A stretch of 64,000 bases of DNA. Source: Candidatus Saccharibacteria bacterium UBA5150 (lineage in GTDB: Bacteria; Patescibacteriota; Saccharimonadia; Saccharimonadales; UBA4665). Positions 51,523 to 60,473 of this stretch are shown piece after piece. How positions within the stretch are numbered: position 1 is the stretch's first letter; every line of letters starts with the position of its first letter. The notes beneath the pieces were generated by a model that saw only the letters and a list, made by a program, of their open reading frames with translations, was not told where the DNA came from and made no database searches. The stretch spans positions 7,820 through 71,819 of the forward strand of contig DHXS01000009.1 of assembly GCA_002413795.1 (NCBI GenBank). The letters run 5' to 3'. Made by a program: the position numbers and the translations under genes.

Positions 51523-52827
51523 CTAAGCCATGCACTGCGGGTTGGTTTCGCTCATCCAGAGCGGCGGCACAAAAAATGGCACGCCGGGTTTGCCGTAGCG
51601 GTTTATCAGCGCGGTGTTCCATTCTTCGTTCACATTAGAGTCCAGCTGGTATAGTGACAGTCTTTTAATATTTGGATCGGCGCATACGTTACTAAGGACT
51701 GCTGTCAAAAGTCTTGCCCAGTTAGCGGCCGATATGATACCGGCCTGCATGCCGTACTCATCTATTAAAACGCCCGGCTTCTGGTTAGCCGTGGTGGCCA
51801 GCAGACCATTCTTATAGGCCGCCGTAATGAATGACTCGTAGGTCGCCAAAGAATCAATGCCGATTTCAGGAGCGGTCGGCGGCAATTGAAGATTTAGCGG
51901 CGGCAAGGGGCCGTCGCCCCAATCTTTAAAGCGTTTGTAGGGGTGAATGGCGATACCGTCTGCCGGTAGCGGAGTGCAGTGCGGGCCTTCTTTTGGCGGG
52001 CATTCCAGCACCTGTTGCTCAAAAACCAGCGGCGAGTCCGAAGAACTTAGTTCGCCCTGCACTACTTCGTCGTTCGGGTTGACTGCCTTAATGGCGTTGT
52101 AGGCGGCTATGTGCATGGCGCGTTCGGTTTGCGGCAGGCTTTTGCTCGGTAAAGCTTGCAGCCATTTATCTTCTACGTTATTCGGTTCATTGCATGAAGT
52201 AAGTTCGCTTACCAGCCCGTCATAACGCCGCGCTACCCGGCCCGCGAAACTGCCGTATTGGTCAGCCGATTCCCATTGGCGATGATTGCAGGCCAGTGTT
52301 ACTTCTACTTTGTAGCCACAATCCACGGCGGCCTTTATGGCCGTGGTGGAATTTGTTCGGAAAGCCGGGTCACTATATCGGTCAGGATAGATTATAAACC
52401 TCTGCCACTTGGCGCCAAGACCGCGGCCCAGCATCAGCAACGCCTCACGGCGGCCCTGGTTGTTTAAAACAATGCCGCCATCGTCCTCAACACCCAGCTC
52501 CAGGTGCGGTGCGGTAGTTTCGGTAGATGTGTCGCTGATATGGCTATTTACAATTTGCCGGGCTAGATAGTGATTATCCGAGCCCGATTGGTAATGCTTC
52601 AATTGATTCAGCCCGCTGGGAGTGACGCAAGAGGGCGGCAACGATGTGACTGCCTCGGGTTGAGGTAACAGACTGACAGCCGGCGGCAAAGCACCGGGTG
52701 CGGCCGGGGTTTCGGCGCTGGCTGTGCTGGGGTTTGGGCCCATTAAGGCGATCGTGGACAGGCCGGCTATTAGCAGTCGGCGAGCGGCGCTCGAACCGTG
52801 AGGGAGTTCCGGGCCATGTTCAATCAT
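51523..52827 (-). CDS. Secreted glycoside-hydrolase-like protein (TIM-barrel, GH5-like NEP motif)
   Basis: Signal-like N-terminus (RRLLIAGLSTIALMG..ASA). SCNEPNN and LIDEYG are candidate catalytic Glu motifs. This is a weak call. Confidence 0.5.
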   Translation of the reverse strand: MIEHGPELPHGSSAARRLLIAGLSTIALMGPNPSTASAETPAAPGALPPAVSLLPQPEAVTSLPPSCVTPSGLNQLKHYQSGSDNHYLARQIVNSHISDTSTETTAPHLELGVEDDGGIVLNNQGRREALLMLGRGLGAKWQRFIIYPDRYSDPAFRTNSTTAIKAAVDCGYKVEVTLACNHRQWESADQYGSFAGRVARRYDGLVSELTSCNEPNNVEDKWLQALPSKSLPQTERAMHIAAYNAIKAVNPNDEVVQGELSSSDSPLVFEQQVLECPPKEGPHCTPLPADGIAIHPYKRFKDWGDGPLPPLNLQLPPTAPEIGIDSLATYESFITAAYKNGLLATTANQKPGVLIDEYGMQAGIISAANWARLLTAVLSNVCADPNIKRLSLYQLDSNVNEEWNTALINRYGKPGVPFFVPPLWMSETNPQCMA

Positions 52828-52911
52828 GTTGTGGCTACTACCTGCCCACCGTTAACTTAGTCGTGAAAATACGACCTCATCATAGCATGCCGCGCCACAG
52901 TTACAAGCAGA

Positions 52912-54387
52912 TTATACGGGGACGGCGGCTTCGCCGTGGCTGGGGTCGGCTTTAACTTTTTGGTTCTTGATGACCAGCAGGCCGATTAGCGAGGCGGTGG
53001 CGGCAAAGCACGAGGCAATTAAGTAACCGTCGTGGAAGCCCTGGACGGTGGCGGCGGCGATCTGGTGGTGGGTCGGCGCAGCCTGCAGGTGCAGGTTAGC
53101 AATATATTTAGTGCTGGCCGAGACGGCAATTCCGGTCAGCACGGCCAGGCCGGTGGCGCCGCCGATTTGTTGGGCGGTGTTCAATATACCGGAAGCCAGG
53201 CCTGACTCGTGGTGCGGCACGCCCGAGGTAGCGGCGATGGTAACACTAACGAAAGTCGCGCCCATGCCCAGCGCCATGACCATCATGCCGGGCGCCACGT
53301 TGCCCCAAAAGGTACCGTCAACCGGGATGTGCGACAGCCAAAACAGGCCGCTGGAAACGATTAATGGCGCCACAACCAGAATGGGCTTGTAGCCGATCTT
53401 TTGGATTAGGCGCGGGATGTTGGTGGCCGTGATGCCGATGATGGCCGGAATAACCAGGAAGCTAAAGCCGGTCTTAACAGGTGTGAAACCCAGCACCTGC
53501 TGTAAGTAGAGCGTGGTGAAGAAAAAGACCGAAAACATGCCGGCCGTCATAAAAAACATCAGGCTATCGGCGCCCGACAGGTTGCGGATCTTGAAGATGT
53601 GCAGCGGCATCAGCGGATGCTTGGCGCGCTTTTCGTTGATTATGAAGCCGGCCAGAGCGGCGGCGCTGATAGCAAAGTAAAGCAGTGTGCTGTGGGCCGT
53701 CCAGCCGTGCGTGGGCGCCTTAACCAGGGCGTAAACCAGCATCATCAGGCCGCCCGTACCCAGCACAGCACCGGGTAGGTCAAGGTTATTGTGCTCGAGT
53801 GTCGATTCGTGGCGGTCCAGGATGCGCAGGGCCGTAATTATAACGAATATCCCGACCGGGAGGTTCACAAAGAAGTTCCAGCGCCAGTTTAGGTATTGAG
53901 TCAGAATGCCCCCGGCCAGCACGCCCACAGCCGCGCCGCCGGCCGCCACGGCGCCCCAAACACTCAGAGCCACGTTACGTTCGTGGCCTTCTTTATAAGT
54001 CACCAGGATGATCGACAACGCCGCCGGCGACATAAAGGCCCCGGCCAGACCTTGCATAGCCCGGAATAAAATAATCATGCCGCCGGACTGGCTGACCCCG
54101 CTGCCTAGTGAAGCGATGGTGAACAGCACTACCCCGCCCAGGAATATCTTACGCCGGCCGAACAGATCGGCCGCCCGGCCGCCCAGCAGTAAAAAGCCGC
54201 CAAATGCCAACGTATATATGGTCACGATCCACTGCAGGCTGGTCTGCGACATGCTAAAAGTCCGCTGGATTGAAGGCAAGGCCACGTTAACAATCGAAAT
54301 GTCGAGCACCACCATGAACTGCGCCAGGGCTACCAGGATTAAAATCAACCAGTGGTTGGTCTGTTTCTTCGCCATATTACTATACAT
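52912..54387 (-). CDS. MFS transporter, DHA2/EmrB-like (14 TMS)
   Basis: GGRAADLFGRRKIF is MFS motif A. 491 aa. Confidence 0.85.
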   Translation of the reverse strand: MYSNMAKKQTNHWLILILVALAQFMVVLDISIVNVALPSIQRTFSMSQTSLQWIVTIYTLAFGGFLLLGGRAADLFGRRKIFLGGVVLFTIASLGSGVSQSGGMIILFRAMQGLAGAFMSPAALSIILVTYKEGHERNVALSVWGAVAAGGAAVGVLAGGILTQYLNWRWNFFVNLPVGIFVIITALRILDRHESTLEHNNLDLPGAVLGTGGLMMLVYALVKAPTHGWTAHSTLLYFAISAAALAGFIINEKRAKHPLMPLHIFKIRNLSGADSLMFFMTAGMFSVFFFTTLYLQQVLGFTPVKTGFSFLVIPAIIGITATNIPRLIQKIGYKPILVVAPLIVSSGLFWLSHIPVDGTFWGNVAPGMMVMALGMGATFVSVTIAATSGVPHHESGLASGILNTAQQIGGATGLAVLTGIAVSASTKYIANLHLQAAPTHHQIAAATVQGFHDGYLIASCFAATASLIGLLVIKNQKVKADPSHGEAAVPV

Positions 54388-54442
54388 AGTAAAGTAAAGC
54401 CCCCTAGCCTGTCAAACCGGCAGTGTCTGCTCTGTTAATAAC

Positions 54443-54709
54443 CTATTTATACAGTTGGCTGTGCGTGCCGCAAGCCACGAACCAAGCCACCGCACCATTA
54501 TCAGTGAGTTCAAAATGAGCTCGCCAGTCACCGCCAAAGGCAATAGACCGATAGCCGTTCCATTCGCCCGTCAATTGGTGATTGTACAAGTCGGGGTGCT
54601 GGGGTTCCTCTTGAAATAGCTCCATGGCTGCCCGAAGTCGCTTTTTTTGGGCCGGCTTCAGCTTTGCCGCCTGTTTGACGAAGTCCTTATGAAGCTTGAT
54701 GATTATCAT
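54443..54709 (-). CDS. RelE/YafQ-family toxin
   Basis: 88 aa with LTGEWNGYRSIAFGGDWRAHFE..GTHSQLY. Confidence 0.75.
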   Translation of the reverse strand: MIIIKLHKDFVKQAAKLKPAQKKRLRAAMELFQEEPQHPDLYNHQLTGEWNGYRSIAFGGDWRAHFELTDNGAVAWFVACGTHSQLYK

Positions 54710-54981
54710 ATGGTCTTGAAGAAGTCTTCTAGTTCGGCCTTGTTTTTGACTGTTGTGTAGTTACGACCTGCTTTGCGATCGGCGCGGGCCTTGCGCATAA
54801 TCTTTTCGAGGTAAGGCGTAGGTTCAAGTGTGGGTGATAGCACCACACGACCCTCCCGCACAGCCTGTTTTAGAATGACCGTTACAAAGGCACTAACAGA
54901 TAAGCCAACGGAGCTAGCAAAGTCCGCTATCTCTTTTTTGGTTTTATCGTCGGTTCTGATACTTAATAATGCGTTGCTCAT
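54706..54981 (-). CDS. DinJ/RelB-family antitoxin
   Basis: SIRTDDKTKKEIADFASSVGLSVSAFVTVILKQ. It overlaps the toxin by 4 nt. Its -10 element is TTGCTATACAAT (54991-55002). Confidence 0.75.
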   Translation of the reverse strand: MSNALLSIRTDDKTKKEIADFASSVGLSVSAFVTVILKQAVREGRVVLSPTLEPTPYLEKIMRKARADRKAGRNYTTVKNKAELEDFFKTI

Positions 54982-55064
54982 AATGTTTACATTGTATAGC
55001 AAACGTAATCACCTTGTCAATGCACCACCATGAATTGCGCCGAACCCCAATCTGCTATGATTGA

Positions 55065-55661
55065 TTGGTGATACGAGCTATTTTCTTTGATTTTTACGGT
55101 GTCTGGACCCCGGATTTATTTTCGGAGTATCTGGCCGAAGCCGAGCGGCACGGCCCGGAAGCCGTAACCGAATTGCGAGCTGTTGTTGAGCAGTATTTTC
55201 GTGGCCAGGCCGGGCCCCAGGAAGTAGCCCAGGCCTTCCGCTATAGATTGGGCCGCCCCGACATCGACAGTCGCCAATTCACCCTGCGCGAACAGGACAT
55301 CTACCCGGCGATTGTTGAATTCATGCGCGGCCTGCACGGCCACTTCTTGAAAGTAGGTGTGCTGGCTAACCTGGGCCCCCAGGAATACAAAATGCTCTCC
55401 AGCTTCAATCAGCACGACCAGGTGTTCGAGGCCATTGCCGGCCCCCTGCCTTTTAAGCTGGACGCGCCCCTGCTCAGTCAGGACGTCTTCGCGCAAGCGC
55501 TGCAAGCTATAGGCGAACCGCCCCCCTCCTGTCTGGTAGTATCGGGCAGTAACGAATATCTGAGCTTTGCCCAAGGCCTGGGCATGACCACCCTGGCTTA
55601 CGAAGGCTTCCCTAAATTACAGCAGTACCTGAACGATCTGTTAGCCAGCGAAGCGGCTTAA
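55065..55661 (+). CDS. HAD-superfamily-like protein with a degenerate motif I
   Basis: IFFDFYGV stands in for the canonical DxDGT/V, so the second Asp is replaced by Tyr. TTG start. Confidence 0.55.
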   Translation: MVIRAIFFDFYGVWTPDLFSEYLAEAERHGPEAVTELRAVVEQYFRGQAGPQEVAQAFRYRLGRPDIDSRQFTLREQDIYPAIVEFMRGLHGHFLKVGVLANLGPQEYKMLSSFNQHDQVFEAIAGPLPFKLDAPLLSQDVFAQALQAIGEPPPSCLVVSGSNEYLSFAQGLGMTTLAYEGFPKLQQYLNDLLASEAA

Positions 55662-55665
55662 CGGC

Positions 55666-57345
55666 CTAGGCCGTGTGGTCTTTGTCCTGTTTGATCTTGA
55701 GCGGGTCGGTCTGAGGATGTTCAACCGCCTGGACGATGTTCTTGACCGGATCCTCGATCATTGCCCCGGCGCCACTAGCCCAGCCCGAGGGCTTAGCCTC
55801 GGGCTTGACTGTTGGGGCGTCAGCCGATGTGCCGTAGCTCGAATGAGTCGGGAAGTTGAATTGCGCGGCAGACGCTATAGGGCCGGAATCGTGGAAACCA
55901 CTTCTGGCCGGAGTGTCACCGCCGGGGTTGCCGGCATGGTGAGCAGGTTGTCGGTGAGGATTAGGGCCGGAATCGTGGGGGTGACTTTGCGCGGGTTGGT
56001 CGCCGCCGGGGTTGCCGAGTGTGTGAGCAGGTTGTCGGTGAGGATTAGGGCCGGAGTCGTGGGGAGTGCCGCCTGTGGGGCGAGGGTCGGGCCGCCAGAC
56101 TTTCGGAGCGCTGTGGTGTCCGCCAACCTTGGGGCCTGAATCATGGGGAGTACCGCCCGTGGGGCGATGGTCAGGATGAGGACCGGCATTGGCAGCAGGA
56201 CCAGGTCCGGAATCGTGGCGAGTGCCGCCAGTGGGGCGATGGTCGGGATGAGGGCCGGCATTAGCTTTAGGACCGACGCCGGAATCGTGGGGAGTACCTA
56301 CCGCAGCGGGACGATGATCAGGCTGGGCGCCAGCATTACCCTTAGGGCCAACGCCGGAATCGTGGGGATGACTGACCGCGGGGGTGTCGCCTCCGGGGTT
56401 GCCGAGTGTGTGAGCGGGTTGTCGGTGAGCAATAGGGCCGGAATCGTGAAAAGCGGTGGTGCTGCCACTCGAACCGGTGCCGTTAGAATTGGCTGAGCCG
56501 CCGCCACTGTTAGAGCCACCCAGGTTTATCTTTTCGCCGGGATGGATCAAATTGGGATTCTTAATCTGGGGGTTGAGGGCTTCCAGCTGTGACAGCGACA
56601 TGCCATGCGCCTGGGCTATGGCATACATACTGTCGCCAGAGGCTACCGTGTGAGCCGAGCCGCTGGAAGGTGCAGATGACGGTGAAGATGCAGGTGAAGG
56701 TGCAACTCCAGCCGCGCCTGTCTGCCCGTGCTGTGGAGTACTGACACCAGCGCCCTGCCTTCCTTGATGAGAAGGCGCCGGAGCGACACCACCGGTGTTG
56801 GTTGGTCCCGCTTGGGAAGGTGCCGAGGGAGACACCACCGTTCCCGCACCCGGTACGGGGTTGGCAGTGCTTTCACCCAAGCCGGCTGTCGGGTCGAGAA
56901 AAATCGGTTTGCCGCCATTATCACCCGCGAATTTGGGCCGGTCAGGCTTGGCAACAAACACTTTTCTATCATCGGGATAGATATGCCAGTCGCCGGCGTC
57001 GCCGGCACTGCTGTAACCTTGTACGACCTTATATGCCGCGCCGGGAACATCGCTGGGGCTGGCGGCAACTGGCGCCGGAGCAACTGGCGCTGAAGCATCT
57101 GGGGTTGGAGGTGGAGCCGCGGCAATCGGCGTGTTCTGCATGACGTCCGGGGGAAGCATAGCTGTAGGCCCGGGACTGCCACTCTGCCCAGGGTCGGCTG
57201 AACCGCCGGCGCGTTCGGGCTTCGCCACGAACACCGTTTTACCATCATAAATATGGAAGTCGCCGGGCACGCCTGCGCTGTTGGTGCCGCTCTGCACTTC
57301 GTACTGCTGGCCGCTCCGATCGTTACCTGTGTTATTTATAGGCAT
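55666..57345 (-). CDS. LysM-domain protein with an N-terminal duplicated module and C-terminal HDSG tandem repeats
   Basis: LysM: HTVASGDSMYAIAQAHGMSLSQLEALNP..GEKINLG. The module (Y(E/K)V..G..SAG..GD(F/W)HIY..VFVAKP(E/D)R) occurs twice. HDSG(P/V)(G/N/I/K) occurs about nine times. Confidence 0.8.
   Translation of the reverse strand: MPINNTGNDRSGQQYEVQSGTNSAGVPGDFHIYDGKTVFVAKPERAGGSADPGQSGSPGPTAMLPPDVMQNTPIAAAPPPTPDASAPVAPAPVAASPSDVPGAAYKVVQGYSSAGDAGDWHIYPDDRKVFVAKPDRPKFAGDNGGKPIFLDPTAGLGESTANPVPGAGTVVSPSAPSQAGPTNTGGVAPAPSHQGRQGAGVSTPQHGQTGAAGVAPSPASSPSSAPSSGSAHTVASGDSMYAIAQAHGMSLSQLEALNPQIKNPNLIHPGEKINLGGSNSGGGSANSNGTGSSGSTTAFHDSGPIAHRQPAHTLGNPGGDTPAVSHPHDSGVGPKGNAGAQPDHRPAAVGTPHDSGVGPKANAGPHPDHRPTGGTRHDSGPGPAANAGPHPDHRPTGGTPHDSGPKVGGHHSAPKVWRPDPRPTGGTPHDSGPNPHRQPAHTLGNPGGDQPAQSHPHDSGPNPHRQPAHHAGNPGGDTPARSGFHDSGPIASAAQFNFPTHSSYGTSADAPTVKPEAKPSGWASGAGAMIEDPVKNIVQAVEHPQTDPLKIKQDKDHTA
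55881..56453. repeat. In-frame tandem coding repeats (HDSG units)
   Basis: CCGGAATCGTG or a close variant occurs at 55881, 55965, 56049, 56133, 56205, 56278, 56352 and 56437. Three ~57-bp near-identical copies occur at 55924-55980, 56008-56064 and 56395-56453. Confidence 0.8.
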
Positions 57346-57399
57346 TTCTAGTTTCCTTATTGTTTGTTTTAAGTTATTTGTTTTTTAACCTATGCGCGA

Positions 57400-57413
57400 A
57401 TGATAGCATAAGC
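57400..57413 (-). promoter_or_regulatory. Extended -10 promoter (rc GCTTATGCTATCAT)
   Basis: It lies ~55 nt upstream of the LysM gene start and shares the motif seen at the pilM and minor pilin genes. Confidence 0.4.
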
Positions 57414-57434
57414 GTCTTATAAAGTCAATCTGTT

Positions 57435-59342
57435 TTACAGCTGGCCGGCGACCTGCAGCTGGTAGACGTAGCGTTCCAGGCCGCCGAACTCCTCGACATC
57501 GGTCAGATGCCCGTCCTGCAGGACGTAGATTTTGTCCATCAGGCTGAGGAGCGGTACACGGTGTGTCACCAGCAGAACTGTTTTGTCCTGGATGAGCGAG
57601 CCGATCGAGTCATGGATCAGTTTTTCCGATTTGTCGTCAAGCGCCGAGGTCGGCTCGTCCATACAGATAATCGGGGCGTTCTTGAGCAAGGCGCGGGCGA
57701 TCGAAATCCGCTGGCGCTGGCCGCCGCTCAGGCTGGAGCCGCCTTCGCCGGCGATCGACTCCATGCCCATCGGCAGTTTGTCAACGAATTCGGTTATATT
57801 GGCGGCTTGAGATGCCCAGGCGATTTCCTGCTGGGTCATCGCCCGACTGATGTCGCCGTCCTGCATATTTTCATAGATGGAGGTCGCGAATAGCTGGGGG
57901 GACTGGCTTATCCAGGCGATGTTGCGGCGCAGGTCTTGAAGGCTGACGGTCTGGATGTCGTGATCATCGACTAAAATCCGGCCGGCTGTTGGCTCGATAT
58001 AGAGGTCTAACAGGCGCAGCAGCGTGCTCTTGCCCGCCCCGCTCGGCCCGACGATACCGATTTTTTGGCCCGGTTCGATTGTTAGGCTGACCTGGTCGAG
58101 CACGTTAGTGCCCCGGTAAGCGTACGAAACGTTTTGAAACTTTATCCTGCCTTGCACCTGCGGTAAGGCCTTGCCTTCGCGCAGACGCTCAACCCCCTCA
58201 TGGTCGCTCAAAACCTCATAGACCCGTTTAACGTTCACCAGTTTTTGGCGGCGGATCGTAATTTGCGAGGTAATATCCTGGATCGGACCTATAAGATAGC
58301 CCATGTAGGTCATGAAGATCAGCAATTTACCCAGCGAAAATTGACCGTTAAGCGCCGCGGTGCCGCCAAAGTATATAACCATCGAGGTGCCGAGGATTAC
58401 CACCAGACTGTCACTGAACTGGAAAAGCTTGCCCCATAGCAGGCCTTTGCGGGAAATGACATAGGTCTGCTGCCAAAGGTCTTTTAGTTTTTGAACCTGG
58501 CGTTCCTGCAGGGTAAAGGCTTGGACGGCTTCAGTGTTATCGATCGACTCGGCGATTAAAGACGCCGTCTGACTGAATAATTTGACTAGCGCCTGGCCCA
58601 GCCGGCCCAGAATAGGCCCGAAGACGGCAACTGAAAATATCAGGAAAGGAATCACCACCAGCGTGATAATGGTCAGCTTGGCGTTGAGCGTCAGCATAAT
58701 TGCCGTCACGCCAATAATTAATATGACCGAGCCGATAATCTCGGATGTCGAATTGAGCACCAGGTCGGATAAGCTATTGGTGACGTCATTTTGCCGATAA
58801 ATATAGTCGCCCTTGGGCAGGCGCCCTTCGTGATAAAGAGGCAGATGCAGAATGTGCCGAAAAGATTCTTCTTTTATGGAACGGTTCAGCCGATAGCCTA
58901 TCTTCAGCAGTAATAAGTCTTTAAGAACGCCGAAGGCCTGCCCCAGCAAAAAAATCAGCAGGGTCAGCAGAGACACGATCAGGATGAGTGTCGGTGTATG
59001 CGTATAAGCCCGGAGCAGCCCCGGCGCCGGTATGATCCCAAAAACCGAGTCAGCCAGTATTTTAAGAGGCCAGGGCTGGAGCAGGGCTATGGCCGAGGCA
59101 ATGGTGTTGAGGATGACCATCAGGATGATGGCCGGTTTGGCCTGTAGGTAATATTTCTTCAGCCACGCCGTGAAGTCGGTGGTTTTTTGGCGGCGGCCAT
59201 TCTCCAGCATCCAGGCATCGACGGCCTCTTTGACCAACTGTACCGGCCAGCCGGCCCGGTTCAGGCTGTAGGTAATAAAATCGACCGGGACACCCTTGGC
59301 TACCCCTTCTTCAATCGCTTTTTTCAGTCTCTCGTCTTGCAT
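57435..59342 (-). CDS. ABC exporter, fused permease/ATPase (MsbA-like) with an N-terminal extension
   Basis: GPSGAGKST, LSGGQRQR and ICMDEPTSALD, with a six-TM domain. 635 aa. Confidence 0.85.
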   Translation of the reverse strand: MQDERLKKAIEEGVAKGVPVDFITYSLNRAGWPVQLVKEAVDAWMLENGRRQKTTDFTAWLKKYYLQAKPAIILMVILNTIASAIALLQPWPLKILADSVFGIIPAPGLLRAYTHTPTLILIVSLLTLLIFLLGQAFGVLKDLLLLKIGYRLNRSIKEESFRHILHLPLYHEGRLPKGDYIYRQNDVTNSLSDLVLNSTSEIIGSVILIIGVTAIMLTLNAKLTIITLVVIPFLIFSVAVFGPILGRLGQALVKLFSQTASLIAESIDNTEAVQAFTLQERQVQKLKDLWQQTYVISRKGLLWGKLFQFSDSLVVILGTSMVIYFGGTAALNGQFSLGKLLIFMTYMGYLIGPIQDITSQITIRRQKLVNVKRVYEVLSDHEGVERLREGKALPQVQGRIKFQNVSYAYRGTNVLDQVSLTIEPGQKIGIVGPSGAGKSTLLRLLDLYIEPTAGRILVDDHDIQTVSLQDLRRNIAWISQSPQLFATSIYENMQDGDISRAMTQQEIAWASQAANITEFVDKLPMGMESIAGEGGSSLSGGQRQRISIARALLKNAPIICMDEPTSALDDKSEKLIHDSIGSLIQDKTVLLVTHRVPLLSLMDKIYVLQDGHLTDVEEFGGLERYVYQLQVAGQL

Positions 59343-59393
59343 AAGCTTTTTCTAAGCATAACAGATAGGGTTCGCTATGATAAGGTAAAAGGT

Positions 59394-60473
59394 ATGTTAT
59401 CCATCGCTATCGCCGGTCTGCCCAATGTTGGCAAGTCTACCCTGTTTAATGCCCTGACCGGCAGTAATATTCTGGCGGCCAACTACCCGTTTGCCACCAT
59501 CGAGCCCAATACCGGCGTGGTGCCGGTGCCCGATGAACGGCTGAGCAAGCTGGCCGAGTTATATAAGACCAATAAAATCATTCCCGCTACCGTGACTTTC
59601 TTGGATATCGCCGGGCTGGTGGCCGGCGCCAGCGAGGGCGAGGGGCTGGGCAACCAGTTCCTGAGCCATATCCGGACTACCAACGCCATCGTCCAGGTGG
59701 TGCGGGCCTTTGACGACCCGAACGTAATGCATGTCGACGAAGCCCACGATCCGCGCAAAGACATAGATGTCATAAACACCGAGCTGGTGCTGGCCGACCT
59801 GCAAACCCTGTCAAAACGCCTGCCGCAGTTCGCCAAAGAGGCCCGCGCCAACCCCAAATTGCAGCCCGTTTTAGACGTTTACGAGCAAGTGAACAAGCTT
59901 TTGAACGATGGCCAGCCGCTCTGGAATTACCCTGATATCGACCGTGAAATTATTGCCGACCTGCAATTGCTGACCGTTAAGCCGGTCATCTATTTATTCA
60001 ACCTCGATGAGGCCGGCCTGGCCGACCAAAAGCGCCAACGCGAGCTGGCCGATTTGGTGTCGCCTGCCCGGGCGCTGTTCGTCTGCGCCAAGCTGGAAAG
60101 CGAGCTCAAAGACCTCGATGAGGCCGACGCCGCCGAGCTATTGGCCAGCTACGGCCAGGCCGAATCCGGGTTACTGCAATTGATCCATGCCGCCTACGAC
60201 AGCCTGGGCCTGCAAAGCTACCTGACGGCCGGGCAAAAAGAGGTCCGCGCCTGGACCGTAACCCAAGGCGCCACGGCCCCGCAGGCCGCCGGTGTCATCC
60301 ACGGCGACTTCGAACACGGCTTCATCGCCGCCGAAATAGTTAATTACGACGACTTGCTTGCCGCCGGTTCGCTGGCGGCCGCCCGCAGTGCCGGCAAAGT
60401 CCGCACCGAAGGTAAAAACTACATTATGCAGTCCAACGACGTCGTCGAATTCCGTTTTAACGTTAACAAGTAG
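59394..60473 (+). CDS. ychF: Redox-regulated ATPase YchF
   Basis: MLSIAIAGLPNVGKSTLFNALT and the C-terminal TGS region. The track's N-terminal extension is antisense to the ABC gene. Confidence 0.9.
   Translation: MLSIAIAGLPNVGKSTLFNALTGSNILAANYPFATIEPNTGVVPVPDERLSKLAELYKTNKIIPATVTFLDIAGLVAGASEGEGLGNQFLSHIRTTNAIVQVVRAFDDPNVMHVDEAHDPRKDIDVINTELVLADLQTLSKRLPQFAKEARANPKLQPVLDVYEQVNKLLNDGQPLWNYPDIDREIIADLQLLTVKPVIYLFNLDEAGLADQKRQRELADLVSPARALFVCAKLESELKDLDEADAAELLASYGQAESGLLQLIHAAYDSLGLQSYLTAGQKEVRAWTVTQGATAPQAAGVIHGDFEHGFIAAEIVNYDDLLAAGSLAAARSAGKVRTEGKNYIMQSNDVVEFRFNVNK

Noticed and set aside
51461-51622. The N-terminal extension of the AbrB-type antitoxin ORF (138-aa version).
   Set aside because: The extension overlaps the 3' end of the hydrolase-like gene. 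The conserved SpoVT-AbrB domain begins right after Met at 51460.
55881-56453. The regularly spaced repeats were considered as a possible CRISPR array.
   Set aside because: The repeats are in-frame coding units of the LysM protein. Both the repeat and spacer parts are similar between units. No cas genes or leader are present.
59187-59393. Upstream extensions of ychF (here), ndk (32288-32416), xerC/D (32157-32324), crp (61544-61579) and the PH-domain gene (61452-61553).
   Set aside because: The extensions run antisense into neighbouring genes or through recognisable promoter elements. Conserved N-termini start at the internal Met codons.
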